A stretch of 64,000 nucleotides of DNA from Eledone cirrhosa (lineage: Eukaryota): contig OZ024742.1 of NCBI GenBank assembly GCA_964016885.1, positions 227,664,001 through 227,728,000 on the forward strand, given 5' to 3'. Position numbers and translations under genes: made by a program. Below the pieces are notes generated by a model. That model worked only from the letters and a program-made list of their open reading frames with translations. It did not search any database and was not told the DNA's origin. This document shows positions 1 through 13,352 of this stretch, in pieces (within the stretch, counting starts at the first letter, position 1; every line of letters starts with the position of its first letter).

Positions 1-319
1 AGAAACCCTTGAGTTTACCTAATGCCACCCCCAGTTGTATCCCTCCAATATTGCAAAGTGTCTCCTTCCCCTCTTGCACTCACCTTAGCTATGTTGCTGG
101 ATGAAGGCCCAAAGCAAATACATATGTGTGTGTGTGTGTGTGAAAAACAACGAAGCTGAAACTTGTCACTGTTACTTTTCTCTTCAGAAAATAAAATTTC
201 CACTCTACTTACATGTACTGAGTGCTCATTCAGTTAATGAATAAGTTTTTAAGTACTATGGCATTTTACACACTACCCTAATATACATTATCATCATCAT
301 TATTTTGTATATACTAGGG

Positions 320-648
320 CGGTGGATTGGCAGTATCGGTAGAGGGTCGGACGCCATGCTTTCCAGCATAGTTACGTCCCTTTACGATCTGAGTTCAAAT
401 CCCGCTGAGGTTGACTTTGCCTTTCATCCTTACGGGGTCGATAAAATAAAAGTACCAGTAATGCACTGGGTAATTGCTGGCCTTGTGCCTAAAGTAGAAA
501 CAATTATTTTGTATATACTTTGTATGATCTGAGTTCAAATCCCGCTGAGGTTAACTTTGCCTTTCATCCTTCCGGGGTCGATAGAATAAAGTACCAGTAA
601 TGCATTGGGTAATTGCTGGCCTTGTGCCAAAAGTAGAAACAATTATTT
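320..648 (+). mobile_element. tRNA-derived SINE family A, one full copy plus a tandem partial copy
   Basis: A-box-like TGGCAGTATCGG, B-box GAGTTCAAATCC, core GACTTTGCCTTTCATCCTT(A/C)CGGGGTCGATAAAATAAAGTACCAG; repeated at 524-648. Confidence 0.8.
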
Positions 649-801
649 TGTATATACTTTCTATGCTGGCATGGGTTGGACGGGTCAGAGTGACCTCAAC
701 TTGCTCATTCGTTCCATTATATATAGCAAGGAGAACAGGCATTAAATGATGATGATGATACTGTATACACACATACATACATATATATATATATATATAC
801 A

Positions 802-867
<66 letters not shown>

Positions 868-2984
868 TATATATCATGTGAGTGTGTGTATGTGTTTATA
901 CACATATACCAAAGAGGAGGGGACGAACCATGTATGAAGTTTAGAATTTTTAAAATAATCTAAAAGAATTATGTCCCTTTAATAATAAACATTTTATATG
1001 TCATCAACACTTATTTATTTCTATTTACTGTGACTAAAAATAGTATTATCAAATGTTTTATTATTTCACAATATTGTGGGTGTTATCAAGTAGATATCAT
1101 CTTACAACAAGTGAAACCTGCAGCATAAGTTCAATTCTCAGATGAGGGACTTCAATTCACATACTCATGGTATGCATGCATGTGCCCTTGACTTCTGATG
1201 GAGTCTTAGGGGCGCCATCATGACATTCAGGGTCTCTTGAATTTTTAAACAAAGCAGAGCCCATTCCTCTCTAGTCTTGAACATAGCTAATTTCTTCCAG
1301 AGTTAGAAAGATAGAAAGCGAGAGAATTGGTTAGTGAGAGAGATATAGATAAAAGAATTGATTCCAGTGCTGGACTGGTCCTTTATTGATTTCGAAAAAA
1401 TGAAAGCAAAGTTGATCATGGCATGATTTAAGTGAGCCCGAACAAATTCTGTGAAGCATTCTATCTGACATTCTAACTACTCTACTAATTTGCTGACTAT
1501 CCTCATGATACCTGTAATTTAAAAAGAAAAAATATTTTTTTTAATGTTAAGGTGCACTCATGACTGTGTGGTTAAAAATTTCGTTAAAAACAATTATGAG
1601 TTTGATTCCACTGCATGGCGCCTTCACCGATTGTTTTCTACCAATGCCCAGTGAGTGAAATTTGGTGTGCATATATGTGTGCAAGTGCTTGTACTTTCGC
1701 CGCCAGTGAGTATGTGTGGTGTATGTGTTCAGGTGTGTCTGTGCCTCTGTGTGTGTGTATGTGTGTATGTATATGTGTATGTGCATGTTTCCACATATGT
1801 CTTCACCAGTAATAAAATATGTTTTAGAAAGAAAAAGGCTATGTAGCCGGTAAGGGTGCCAGACATCATGAGTTGCAGCATACACACACATCTACATGTA
1901 AATACATAAACAGATACAGACAACAGAAGTGCTAACCCACACACACACATATACTCATACATATTCATAAATAGACACATTATACAAAATAATTATTAAA
2001 TACACACACATCTATGTAATGATTGAGGAAGGAAGGTGCTGGTGAAATGCTATAGCGATGTGTGTTGCGTCCCTTTAGGGTTTACCGGCTACATAGCCTA
2101 TTCATTTTAGAAACTAGAACTAACTAGAACTAACTAGATCTGTAAGGGTGAAGTTGAGAAGGAAGAGAGTAGACACTAACCCTACTCTATTAGACTTTGT
2201 TGCAGGTGATGCTTCTTTTATGTTCTGCAGTTCATCAGTAAAATAAAGTACCTTATTTAACCCGCCTGAAAGCACCCCTAGTTCTATGATACAGAACTGC
2301 ATTTATATTTATCTAAAAACTTTCCATCATAGTTTTATGTAAGAACCTTTGTTAAGTTAAGTTCCAAACACCAGCATAATAATTGTTTCTACTTTTGGCA
2401 CAAGGCCAGCAAACACCAGCATAATGATGAGAAAGTTAATTTTATTAATTAAATCCCCCCAAATTCTTGATTATTTTCATAATTTTTTGAAAAATATATG
2501 TTACATCTTTCATTAAAAATATGGTAAAGAAAGTGTTGGCAACAGGAAGGGCATCTGATTGTAGAATAAATACTGCCTCAAAAGCAGTGGTCAAAGTAAA
2601 AAAAAATTTCTTTGCTAATTAAGCCATAATAGGACTGGAACATGTCTGAAGTTGTCTTTATGCAACTGAATATATTCAAAATAATATTAATCATTGATTA
2701 ATATATTTTTGTTTATTTTATATTTTTTTTTAGATAACTTTTAAAAACTCCATATGTTAAAAATGTTAACACTAACTTAACTATTGTTAAATATGTTAGC
2801 ATTGCATGCATACATGATCTCGTAACTCCTGATAGAGTTGTAGGGGTGCTGTATTGGCATACAGCGTTTCTTAGGCATTTTAAGCCTGGCGGAGCCCGTC
2901 CCTTTTCAGGCCTGAGTACAGCAGATTTCTTCCAGAGAAAGATAGAAAGTGAGATAGAGGAAATGAGAAAGAGATATAGAGGAA

Positions 2985-3142
2985 GAATCGATCCCAGTAC
3001 TAGCTGGTACTTTTTTTTATTGACCGCAAAAGGATGAAAGGCAAAGTTGACCTTGATGGGATTTGAACTCAGAGAGCAGAGAGCCGGAACGAATACCATA
3101 AAGCATTCTATCTGACATTCTGACAACTCTACCAATTCGCAG
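2985..3142 (-). mobile_element. SINE family A, minus strand (further decayed copies near 1360-1500, 3545-3670, 5090-5220, 10730-10820)
   Basis: CTGGTACT...AAGGATGAAAGGCAAAGTTGACC...GGATTTGAACTC is the reverse complement of the family A core. Confidence 0.7.
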
Positions 3143-4400
3143 CCTTTTTATATTAACATTAACTATCGTTTAAATACTGTATATATTAAATATATTAAAT
3201 ATACTACCATATTTCTGATGAAATACACAACAGTATGTTTGAATTAATTTTGAAAAGTAACCAAAAATTAGAGGAATTTAGTAAAATAACTAATTTAACA
3301 AAACATTCTTGCATAAAATTAAGTAAGGGGCCTCAACCTTTCTGTAACTGACCCTGCTTCAATGATACTGAACAGATATTTTAAAGCAGTTCATATTTAT
3401 CTAAAAACCTTCCATCATAATTTTATGTAAGAAACTTTGTTAAATTGTTTCAAGCATCAACTTATAATAATGGTTTCTAATTAAGGCACAAGGCCAGCAA
3501 TTTTGGGTAAGGGGTAAGTCAGTTACAATGACACCCTCCCACTGTACTTGACTGGTACTTTATCAGTCCCAGAAGGATGAAAGACAAAGCTGAACTCAGA
3601 ATGCAAAGATCCATAACTAAATACTGTGGGGCACTTTGTCTGACACACTAATGATTCTGCCTATCCATTAGTTGTTTCACTAAACCCATCTAAATTCTTG
3701 ATTATTTTTCAGTAGGATTAAATAAGGAGTTGTTTCAGGTGGACTGGTATCAAAAGATTTAAATATGTCAACACTAACTTTACAATTAAAATACTTTCTA
3801 TATCAGTAAGCTACTTAGGTTTTATAACTATCAGCTGCAGTAGTTGACCCTCAACACAGTCCAGTGGCCAGTGTCTGTCCAATAGTTCCTGTATATAATA
3901 TAGACTGACTATTGGTGACCAAAGGTCACACCAGGAAAATTAATGTCCCCTTTGTCTCTGTCAACCACCATTGATCCCAAATCTCACATTTTATAGTTGT
4001 AGTTGATACAAGTATACACACTTTAATACTGGAGTAAATAGTAATAAATAGCTTAGCTTGTGTATAGAAATGTGTTGCAAGGGTGTACTCCCTTGAAGGC
4101 TTGCCAAATACAAGCCAAAACCACTAGACATCGCAGTCGGGTTTTTACCTTCCTTTATATATATTTATATATATAGACACACCCTGTAAGGTGGTAGTGG
4201 TGGTGCTATGAAAAAAGTTCCCAGTACACTCTCTATTGTGGTTGACATTAGGAAGGGTATCCAGTCATATAAAACAAAACCAAAAACAATACTTGATCAC
4301 TTAACCATAAATTGACAACCTAACCCATGCAAATATGGAAAACAGATGAAAAACAATGATGATGATGATGATGATGTGGGTGTGTACATACATGTGTTTG

Positions 4401-4432
<32 letters not shown>

Positions 4433-4618
4433 GTGTGTGTGTGTGAGTCCCAGGTTCAATCGGGGGTAACTACAGTAAGTAAGGTACTCAATAGAGTATA
4501 TACAAAATTTAATATAGAAATGGCTTCTACAGGACTAGAACTAAAGATCCACATAGGGTGAATCATTGTTATGGTGAACTAACTGTTGTGGAACTACTAC
4601 ATATATATACATATATAT

Positions 4619-4763
4619 ATATTTATTAAAATAATAGATTAAAGTTTAAGCAAAGAATCGCTGCTTTCACTCTTAACGGGATCTTCTGAAACTTAGAAGA
4701 TCCCGTTAAGGGTGAAAGCAGCAATTCTTTGCTTAAACTATAATCTATTATTTTAATAAATAT
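4619..4763. repeat. ~145 bp near-perfect palindrome (69-bp arms, 7-nt loop)
   Basis: ATTTATTAAAATAATAGATT...GGGATCTTCT-GAAACTT-AGAAGATCCC...AATCTATTATTTTAATAAAT with a few mismatches. Confidence 0.9.
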
Positions 4764-6809
4764 TTGCTCTAGGGTTCTTATATATTTGATATATATTTAT
4801 CCTTACCGAGCCCTCTTTGGATTTTAGTCTTCACATTTATTATTATTACATATATATATTCTTCACTCTTTCTATATATATATATATATGCTTTGTGTTA
4901 ATTTATGCATGTGCATGCATGTGTGTGTGTCGGTATAGTAAATATAAAGTGAGAGTAAGAGAAAGAGACAGAATCTAAACTATAATCATTATAAAAGAAG
5001 TAGGTGTTATGTGTTGTCATAGCAACCACTGACCTCTACTTAAACCCTCTCCATCAGATATTGGGGGTGGGAGTAGGAGGTTTAAATTGACCACAGTAGC
5101 TGACTGGTACTATATTTTATCCCCCCCCCCCCCGACAGACTCACCATAATTTGAACTAAGAACATAAAAAGCTAGAGTAAGAATACCACAAGATATATTT
5201 TCCTGACACTCTAGGAATTTCATCTATTTGTGATTGAGTATTGAATAAAATACATATGTTTCAATTAATTTTATACATATTCAAATAATTTTAAATAAAA
5301 TTTATTGGAACATAACTGAAAGTTTCTTACATAAACTTAGATAAATATAAACATTTAACTCTTTACTAACCATATTTGTAACAAAAGCACTGCTTGGAAT
5401 GCTTTTGCTGTCTTGTCCTCCTGGTGCTGCAGCTTAGAGCCCATCACCCTCCTAATTCTTCTGTGACACAAGATCCCTTACCTCTCCCTTCCTTTTCCGG
5501 AGGAAGGGGGGGGGGGGTATTTTTCTTATTTTACATTCCATTCTTTCTTCTCAATTTAAACATTTTTTTTTCTTTTTCTACTAAATAAATTGTTACTATT
5601 ATAAACATCAATTTACTACTGTTTTCTAATAAATAGATAGAATTAATAAATTCTTGAGATAAGTATACATAAAATTTTGAAAATAACCAAGAATTTGGTA
5701 GGATTTAGTAGTTTATTAAGCTGGTGTTTGGAATGTAACTTAACAAAGTTTCTTTCATAATAAAATTTTAGAATCTGGGTGTGGGGAGTCACAGTTACAT
5801 CATTGATTAAAGTTCACAAAACTGAAGAGAGAGTAGGTGAAGGTGTATATAGGTTGCCATGGTTGTTGTTATTTACACTTCCCCACCACCCACCCACTTG
5901 CATGCCACAGGTCATACTTAACCTGTGACCTATGGTATGTCTGACCTCTCTGGCACTAAGCTTTGTCAGTGATGCTGCTGCAGTAGTTATAGTAGTAGTT
6001 GTTTAGTTGTTGTAATTGTAGTAGTTATTATCATAGTAGTTGTTATTGTATTTGAAGCTGTTATGGTTGTTGTTGCTGTTGTAGTTGTCTTGTCAGCAGA
6101 TTAGGTTGGTCAGGTCAGGCCAACTCTCATTGACCTAAGTTACTGTGGGTTCGGGGGAGGGGTAGGGACAGAGACAGAGACAAGGGAATATAGAGAAGGG
6201 ATGTATATATAGTAGAGAGAAAGATTTTTGAGGGAGTGAAGGGGAATATATACACAGAGAGGTTAAGGAGAGATATGAAGAGAAAGGGAGGGAAGGTAAT
6301 AAAATAGTGTGAAAGAGAGAAAGAGAGGGCTAAACAGGCGAAAGATAGGGAAAAAGGGGAGGGAAGGTAGTAAAAGAGAGAGGTCATCTAAGATTCTAAA
6401 TGGTATTAGGTGACCTAGAAAACTGAACTTAATGGATATCATACTGAGATTTTGACCACTTGGTACTGCTCTTTACTCCCTTTCCTCCTCACAACCTTGC
6501 TTATACCACTCATCACCACCACCACCACCACAATCAGCTCCACCAATATCACCCCCAACAACTCTGTCAACATCACCAACACCATCACTACCACCCCTAT
6601 AATCATCATCATTTCAGTGTTGGTGTGGGTTGGATAGGTCATTGGTTTATTTTGAGGAGGGAAACAATGTTTTGTTTTATGTATAGAAGTGATAATTGAC
6701 CCTAGAATATTACAGATATTTAGTTACACCCTCCAATCACCTGAATCCACAGCAAAACATATTCTTCCATGTCTTCATATAGGGGTGGTATAAATAAATT
6801 TAACCCCTT

Positions 6810-7062
6810 GAAGGTGCATGGCCTAGTAGTTAAGGTTTTGGTTTGATTCCTAGACAGAGTGCTGCATTGCGTCCTTCAGCAAAATAGTTCATTTCATATT
6901 GCTCCTGTATACTCAGCTGAAAATATGTACCAGCAGTAACTGGAGAGTTCACCCTGTGATGGAATGGTGTCCTGCCCAAGGGGGAGTCTTGTATTCTCAA
7001 TCACTTTACGCCAAGGAAACCAGGATAAGCACCGGTCTGATGAGCCTCTGAACTTAAGACAG
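6810..7062 (+). mobile_element. tRNA-derived SINE family B
   Basis: GAAGGTGCATGGCCTAGTAGTTA...GTTTGATTCC...TTTCATATTGCTCC...ACTCAGCTG; shared with 30620-30935 and 42997-43140. Confidence 0.7.
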
Positions 7063-8724
7063 ATATTTTTATAATAAATTAAATGAGGGGTCAGGCATAG
7101 TTTGACACATAAATTATAAAATATTTGCTATAAAAAATAAAGTAAACAAAAATTAAATAGCAAATGTAAGGGAAAGGTGAGAGGGAGAGACATACTCTAC
7201 ACTTCAGTCTAGGGTCTATTTCAGGTGTACCCCACAGAAAATGATGAAGGAATTGCTGTGGAGAACAGCCAGTGACACATGCTGCATCAGCCACTCCACT
7301 TTACAGTCTCTTTCCTCAGGTGGGATGCAAAATGGCAGTTCAGGGATCGAAGACATCAGAGGTGTCAATGGCGCCTGGCATGAAATGGAAACAGTCGGTT
7401 GACACTAAAATATTGGTATTTAAATAATTACTCATTTTCCCTTCCACTGTATTGCCTCTAGAAACCATGTGCAAGGTGTTGGTGTTGGTGTTGGTGTTGG
7501 TGATGATAGCGATAGTTGAAGCAGTGTTGGTGTTGTTGTTGGTGGTGATGTTAGTGATAGTGATGGCAGTAGTGATGATGACAATGATGATGATGGTGAT
7601 GATAATATTCCCACCAAAATCCCAAATTCGACCAAGCCATGTTCCAATGCTCTTTACCGATATTCCATGACATAATTGGTTCGTTAGTGAGTCATTGCTT
7701 CATTAATATAAAACTGATTTCATTTAACCTAATTCCCTTCATCCCTGATTAAAAAATTATTAGTAAAAATATTTTTTTAATGTGAAAATTTAAAAAAGAA
7801 ATTAAATTTAAAGAAAAGGGAAAATTTATATATAAAAAAAATAGGGGAAATTAAAAAGAGAAAAATATAAAAGACCAGATTATAATTTTAAAGAATCAGC
7901 AAAAAGATGCTTCCAGTGGGATTGTTTATCATTGGACAAGTGCTCTAAACAGAGATTCTGTCATTAACCCTTTCGTTACCATATTTCTAATGAAAGGCAC
8001 TGTATTATCAATTAATTTTGAAAACCATCAAGAATTTGGAAGGATTTAATAATATAACTAACTTTCTCATTATTAAGCTGGTGGTTGGAGCATAACTTTA
8101 CAAAAGTTTTTTCATAAAATTATGATGGAAGATTTATAGATTAATATAAGCACTTTATCCCTTTCTTTACTATATTTCTAATGAAAGATATTAATGTATT
8201 TTGAAAATAATCAAGAATAGGTAGCAACCCATTGTATTTTTGTGGTAAAGGCTTTATCTTACATAATATTACATCTACAAGATTTTGATGTTATTTATTT
8301 TGAAAACAATACCTTAACGTCAGTATGAGCGGCCAGTTAGAACAGAAAGAGGTGAGAGAATTATGGCCGGATACAGCCAGTTTAAATGCTAAAGGGTTAA
8401 ATAAATAATCAACGAAACAAATATTTTATGAAGCATTGAACAAATTACAATTTTAAAAACATGTCAGCTTACTGTAAGCTGTTACAATGCAGGTTTGACT
8501 ACACTTTAGTCAAGTTGGGCATATAATCCCTAGAAACAGAAAAAAACTGGAAAAAGTTGCCTGCAGGAGTCAAACTTACATCTGCCGTATGCTGGATGGC
8601 TGCATTACCATTACACCAATGTGAGACTGACCTCTTACCTGTCATTTTTAAACCTTATCTATCAGCCAGATGTAAACAAAGAAGCAATGGGTTTATATGC
8701 TTGACATGTTTGACTATTTACTAT

Positions 8725-8940
8725 TTAACCCTTTAGCATTTAAACCGGCTGTATCTGGCCAGAACTCTTTCATCTCTTTCTGTTCAAACCAGCCATAACC
8801 GGCCACTCATACTGATGTTAAGGTATTGTTCTCAAAATAAATAATATCAAAATCTCATAGATTTGATATTATGTGAGATAAAGCCTTTACCGTGAAAATA
8901 TAATAGTATATATAGAGTAATGTAAATGCTAAAAGGTTAA
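8725..8940. mobile_element. TTAA-flanked MITE (piggyBac-like) with TIRs CCCTTTAGCATTTA / TAAATGCTAAAAGG; partial inverted copy at ~8231-8400
   Basis: TTAACCCTTTAGCATTTA...TAAATGCTAAAAGGTTAA; body is the reverse complement of 8231-8400. Confidence 0.75.
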
Positions 8941-9117
8941 ACCAGTATTGTAGCAGCTTTCAATAAGCTAAAATACTTTCAAAATTCAAATTTGTTCAAC
9001 ACTCTGGAAAATGATTGTTTATGACAAGTCACATCAACCATATTTATGACAAGTAATATCAACCATGTTTGTGATGAGTGTTATGATGTTGCTCAGATCA
9101 ATTTTGTTGGCATTATT

Positions 9118-9520
9118 TATGTCCCTTTACGATCTGATTTCAAATCCCGCCGAGGTTGACTTTGCCTTTCATCCTTACGGGGTCGATAAAATAAAGTACC
9201 AGTAATGCACTGGGGAATTGCTGGCCTTGTGCCTAAAGTAGAAACAATTATTTACCTCTTTACATACGTTTATTTTCAGAAATATGACAATACTCTCTCT
9301 TTCTCTATATGAACATTACTGTATATATATCATTATTGGCAGTATCGGTAGAGGGTCCGGCGCTATGCTTTGAAGCATAGAGTTACCTCCCTTTATGATC
9401 TGAGTTCAAATCCCGCCGAGGTTAACTTTGCCTTTCATCCTTACGGGGTCGATAAAATAAAGTACCAGTAATGCACTGGGATAATTGCTGGCCTGGTGCC
9501 AAAAGTAGAAACAATTATTA
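9118..9520 (+). mobile_element. Two tandem SINE family A copies (9118-9252 partial, 9336-9520 full)
   Basis: Nearly identical to 320-648. Confidence 0.8.
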
Positions 9521-11434
9521 CCATTTATATATATATCTATTATGTATTCATCATTGTCACTGTTTAATGTCAATTTTCCATGTTTCCATGGGTCAGACAG
9601 GTTGTCACATTTTGAGACTAGACAGGTCATATGTTGCATTTAGGCATGTTTCTCCAGCTAGATGTCCTTCTGAATGCCAACTACTTTAGAGAGTACGGTA
9701 GATACATTTGTCATGGTACCAGCACTACCTCCCTTACAGCATGTACTGGGTGCCTTTTATTGGGGTACTAGCACTTTACAATATGTACTGGGTACATTTT
9801 ATCATGGCATGAGCACTAACATCTTACAGGGTGGACTGGAATCTTTCCACCGTGGCATCACCACTACCATTTTAGTGTGCTGGGTGCATTTTATGGTAGC
9901 TCCAGCACTCCTCTTAGTGCCAGGTGACTATAGTGTTTAGGGTACCTATTAAATGTATATTATACATTAAAGTAGGGTTTACCTGGTGGTAATGGGAATT
10001 GGCCCTTTCTTTAAACACCAACATCTGCATATACATCATTATCTTGTTTTCCATGATCACATAAATTAGATGAGTCCTCTTCAGTACAGCATCTCTTCAC
10101 TTGTTTTTTCCTTTATGAGGTTCAGCTTTCACCACCTCTACTATACAACAGATCTGTTTCAATGTTAATTACTATCCAGATCTCACTTCTATATAAAAGA
10201 ACTTTTTAAATACTAACTTAGCAAAGTACTTGTAAAAGTTTGTGTTGCTAGCCAAGTAAATTGGTGTTTTTGTGTAAATGTATTTCTGCTGTTTACTATA
10301 TGATCATGGGGTTCAGGCTCCAGGGTGGTAGAGTTGTAGGGCTAAAGGTCACCAAGAAACATTACTTTGGTTTTTAATTTATTGATTTTTAGATCCACTT
10401 CTGTTGATGTAGTGTTTAAAAGTTATCAGTTGTTTTTCATCAGCCATTAGGCCATTACATAAAATTGCAGCATCATCAATAAAAATTAATATAGGAAGTT
10501 TGAGCAGCAGGAAACCTATTGGGTAGCTTTCTGCTGACAGTGTAGGCATCTTCTCAGATCATTATTTTTTCCCTGCAGAAATATGTGTACGAACCAGAAA
10601 CTCCTGGTGGAGTTGTAGGGGTGTTGTAGTGACACATGGCTTGTCTTGGGCATTTTAACCCAGTAGATGTCATTACCTCTCCAGTTCTGAACACAGCTGA
10701 TTTCTTACAGAAGGAAAGAGAGTTAGAAGGCAAAGTTGACTTCTGTGAGTTTTGAACTCAGAGCACAAAATGAATACTGCAAAGTATGCTATCTGACTTT
10801 CTAGTGACTGTCAATTTGCTACTATAATGCAGAAATATACACATTTCAGAATTTATAATAATTACGAAATGGTATGGGTAAGATGCAATCTCTGAAGATG
10901 TTTTAACTCTTTTGTTACCATATTTCTAATGAAAGACAGTCTACTCATGAAGAAAAATGTTATTTAATATAGATTTCTCTGTTGTTAGTGCCAGTAGTCC
11001 TTGTAAAGTGGTTGATGAATGAACCAATACAATGTAATTTACAGAAGATTGTTTGGTTTTGACAATGACTTGATAACCTCTCATGTTGGTGCCATGATAA
11101 AATGCATGGCGGTACACTCTGTAAAGTAGTTGCAATTGAATGAAGTTAACACAGGTAGAGAGGATTGTTTAGTCTTACTGGCAAACTCTCATGTACTGGA
11201 GTAAAAAAATGCAACCAGTACATCTATCAAGTAGTTAGTATAAGAAAAGGCATCAAGCCAAATGTTACATATGAAGTTACCTAGACTTTGACAACCCATC
11301 CTACCAATGTCAGCATGGAAAGTGTATGTAACATGAAGAATATTAATAAAAGCTTCAAGTTTTTCCAGCAAAATATCAATAAAATGAGAGGACATGGACA
11401 TAAAATATTCCAGAAATATGCAAGACCAAATATC

Positions 11435-12036
11435 AGGGAATATTTCTGAACGGCAAAGCATAAACGAATTGAGAGAGAAACTGAGCATAAGACGATTCAA
11501 ATGCTGTGTGCAGGAGAGGAGGTTATGTTGGTATGGACATGTGATGCATATGAAGGATGACAGCTGCATAAAAAGGTGCAGGGCACTAGAAGTCGATGGA
11601 AGACGTGGAGTGGGCAGACCCAAGAAGACCTGGGATGAGGTGATAAAAGCCGACCATACCCAATTGCACCTCTCAAAGGCAATGGCGCAGGACTGTGACC
11701 TCTGGCGTCACGCAGTAATACAGAAGACCCAACTTCCCATGGGTACAAGCCGAAGCTGAAGCATTTAGACAATATGCCCCTACCCCCTCCCACAGCAAAA
11801 AAAGCACCCAGCCCACACTAAAGTGGACGTGTAGGCGCAACGGAAAAAAAGCACTCAGCACTCACTGTAAATGAGGTTGGTGTTAGGAAGAGCATCCAGC
11901 TGTAGAAATCGAGCCAAAATCAGTTCCCGTATGAGCAAGACAAGGTCAACCGACTGGGCACTGCTCACAATAGGACAACTCGTCTAACCCATGCTAGTGT
12001 GGAAGAATGGACGTAAAACAGTGATGATGATGATGA
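11435..12036 (+). mobile_element. 5'-truncated LINE 3' fragment (RT C-terminus + 3' UTR ending in (GAT)n)
   Basis: [12 protein letters not shown]...GRPKKTWDEV in ORF 11394..11759; UTR motif GTTGGTGTTAGGAAG(A/G)GCATCCAGCTGTAGAAA and GAT tail. Confidence 0.85.
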
Positions 12037-12849
12037 TTTCTATTCTCTAAGAGTGATGGATTTTTGTAAAGTTTTACCAGAAAATTCAAGTACCAGTTTT
12101 GTAGTCCTGTCTTTTGATAATGTTATTGATATCCTTTCATAGATGCTGAGATCAGAGATGAAAAGAAAATGCCGCACATGAACATATAACAGAAACAACT
12201 ATTGTCTAAGAGTTCATCCTCTTCCATAATATTTCTATTGTGATTTTCTTTTGACATCCAGTTTAGAAAAGGCATACCATATCCCTGTTGCTAGAAGCAA
12301 CTAAAAGAATTGGTGTCAAAAAGGGCTGTAAAACATTGCCTGGAAAATTCCTGTCCAATTTATGCAAGCATGGAAAAGACAAAAATATGATTTTTAGGAG
12401 ACAGAAGTAATTCATGTCTTTCATTATTTTAGTAAGAAAGTACTACAATGTATTGGTTTAGTTTTTCTTCTTCATTCATCATCATATTACATACATATTC
12501 TATACTGGCATAAGTTGCCATAGTCCAAGATGAGTTTGAGAACCATGTCTTGCCTATACATTCCTTTTTTTGGCATGGCTTCTACAGCTGGATGCCTGTC
12601 ATAACACTATCTAATAGAAAGCAATACTGACCAAGATCGAAATAATAACTTAACTTTTAAAGTGACATAAAACAGCATTCTTGAAAAGTACAAAATGGCA
12701 TTATGGCTTCACGATTTGTGCACTAGTAAAGGATACTATAATCACTTTGTGATGTTTTTAGATATTTTCTAAATTATTACAGGACGTTAAGAATTCATGT
12801 AAGGATTAACAATTGAAGAATTCCGCTTGAGTACTGGCTCAGTCTGTGA

Positions 12850-13352
12850 AGACTCATCCAATCCTTGATAGAGAAGACGGACCTTGTATGATGGTAACCT
12901 TTATTGCAACAGATGTTGAATATTTTAGAATTTTGGTAAACAGGCAACCTATGACAACCAAGACGAAATTTGCAATAAAAAATCTAATTGAGGGTGTGAT
13001 AGTAAAATATACTAGCGTGAAGAAAGGGAATCAAGTCATAAGAACAACGCCAGTAAAGAGGGTGATATTGGGAAGGTCTTCCAATCGTAGGAATCGCGTA
13101 TGTACTGGTGTTACGAAGGGTATCAAACCGCAAGGATCATGTCAGTATAGTAATTGGTGTTATGAAGGGCATCCAGCTGTAGGGACTACGTAAAGTAGTT
13201 GGTGTTGAGCCATGCCACAAATGGAAGATATTGAGCGAGATGTCCCTGAGCCCAGCTAGAACAGTAACTTCGATCAAGTACTGACATGGTCCGTTAGGAC
13301 TTGAACAACCCATACCAATAAGGAAAAACCGGCGTATAATGATGATAGTGAT
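12850..13352 (+). mobile_element. Highly degraded LINE 3' fragment of the same (GAT)n-tailed family
   Basis: GAAGGGCATCCAGCTGTAG, AACCCATACCAA...GGCGTATAATGATGAT tail. Confidence 0.55.

Noticed and set aside
320-420. tRNA-like A/B boxes here and in other SINE heads
   Set aside because: They continue into SINE cores and lack a full cloverleaf; not tRNA genes
5990-7670. Poly-His/Thr/Val/Met ORFs (6439-6699, 7432-7670)
   Set aside because: Degenerate trinucleotide repeats (CAC/CAT, GTT/GAT) without splice or homology support
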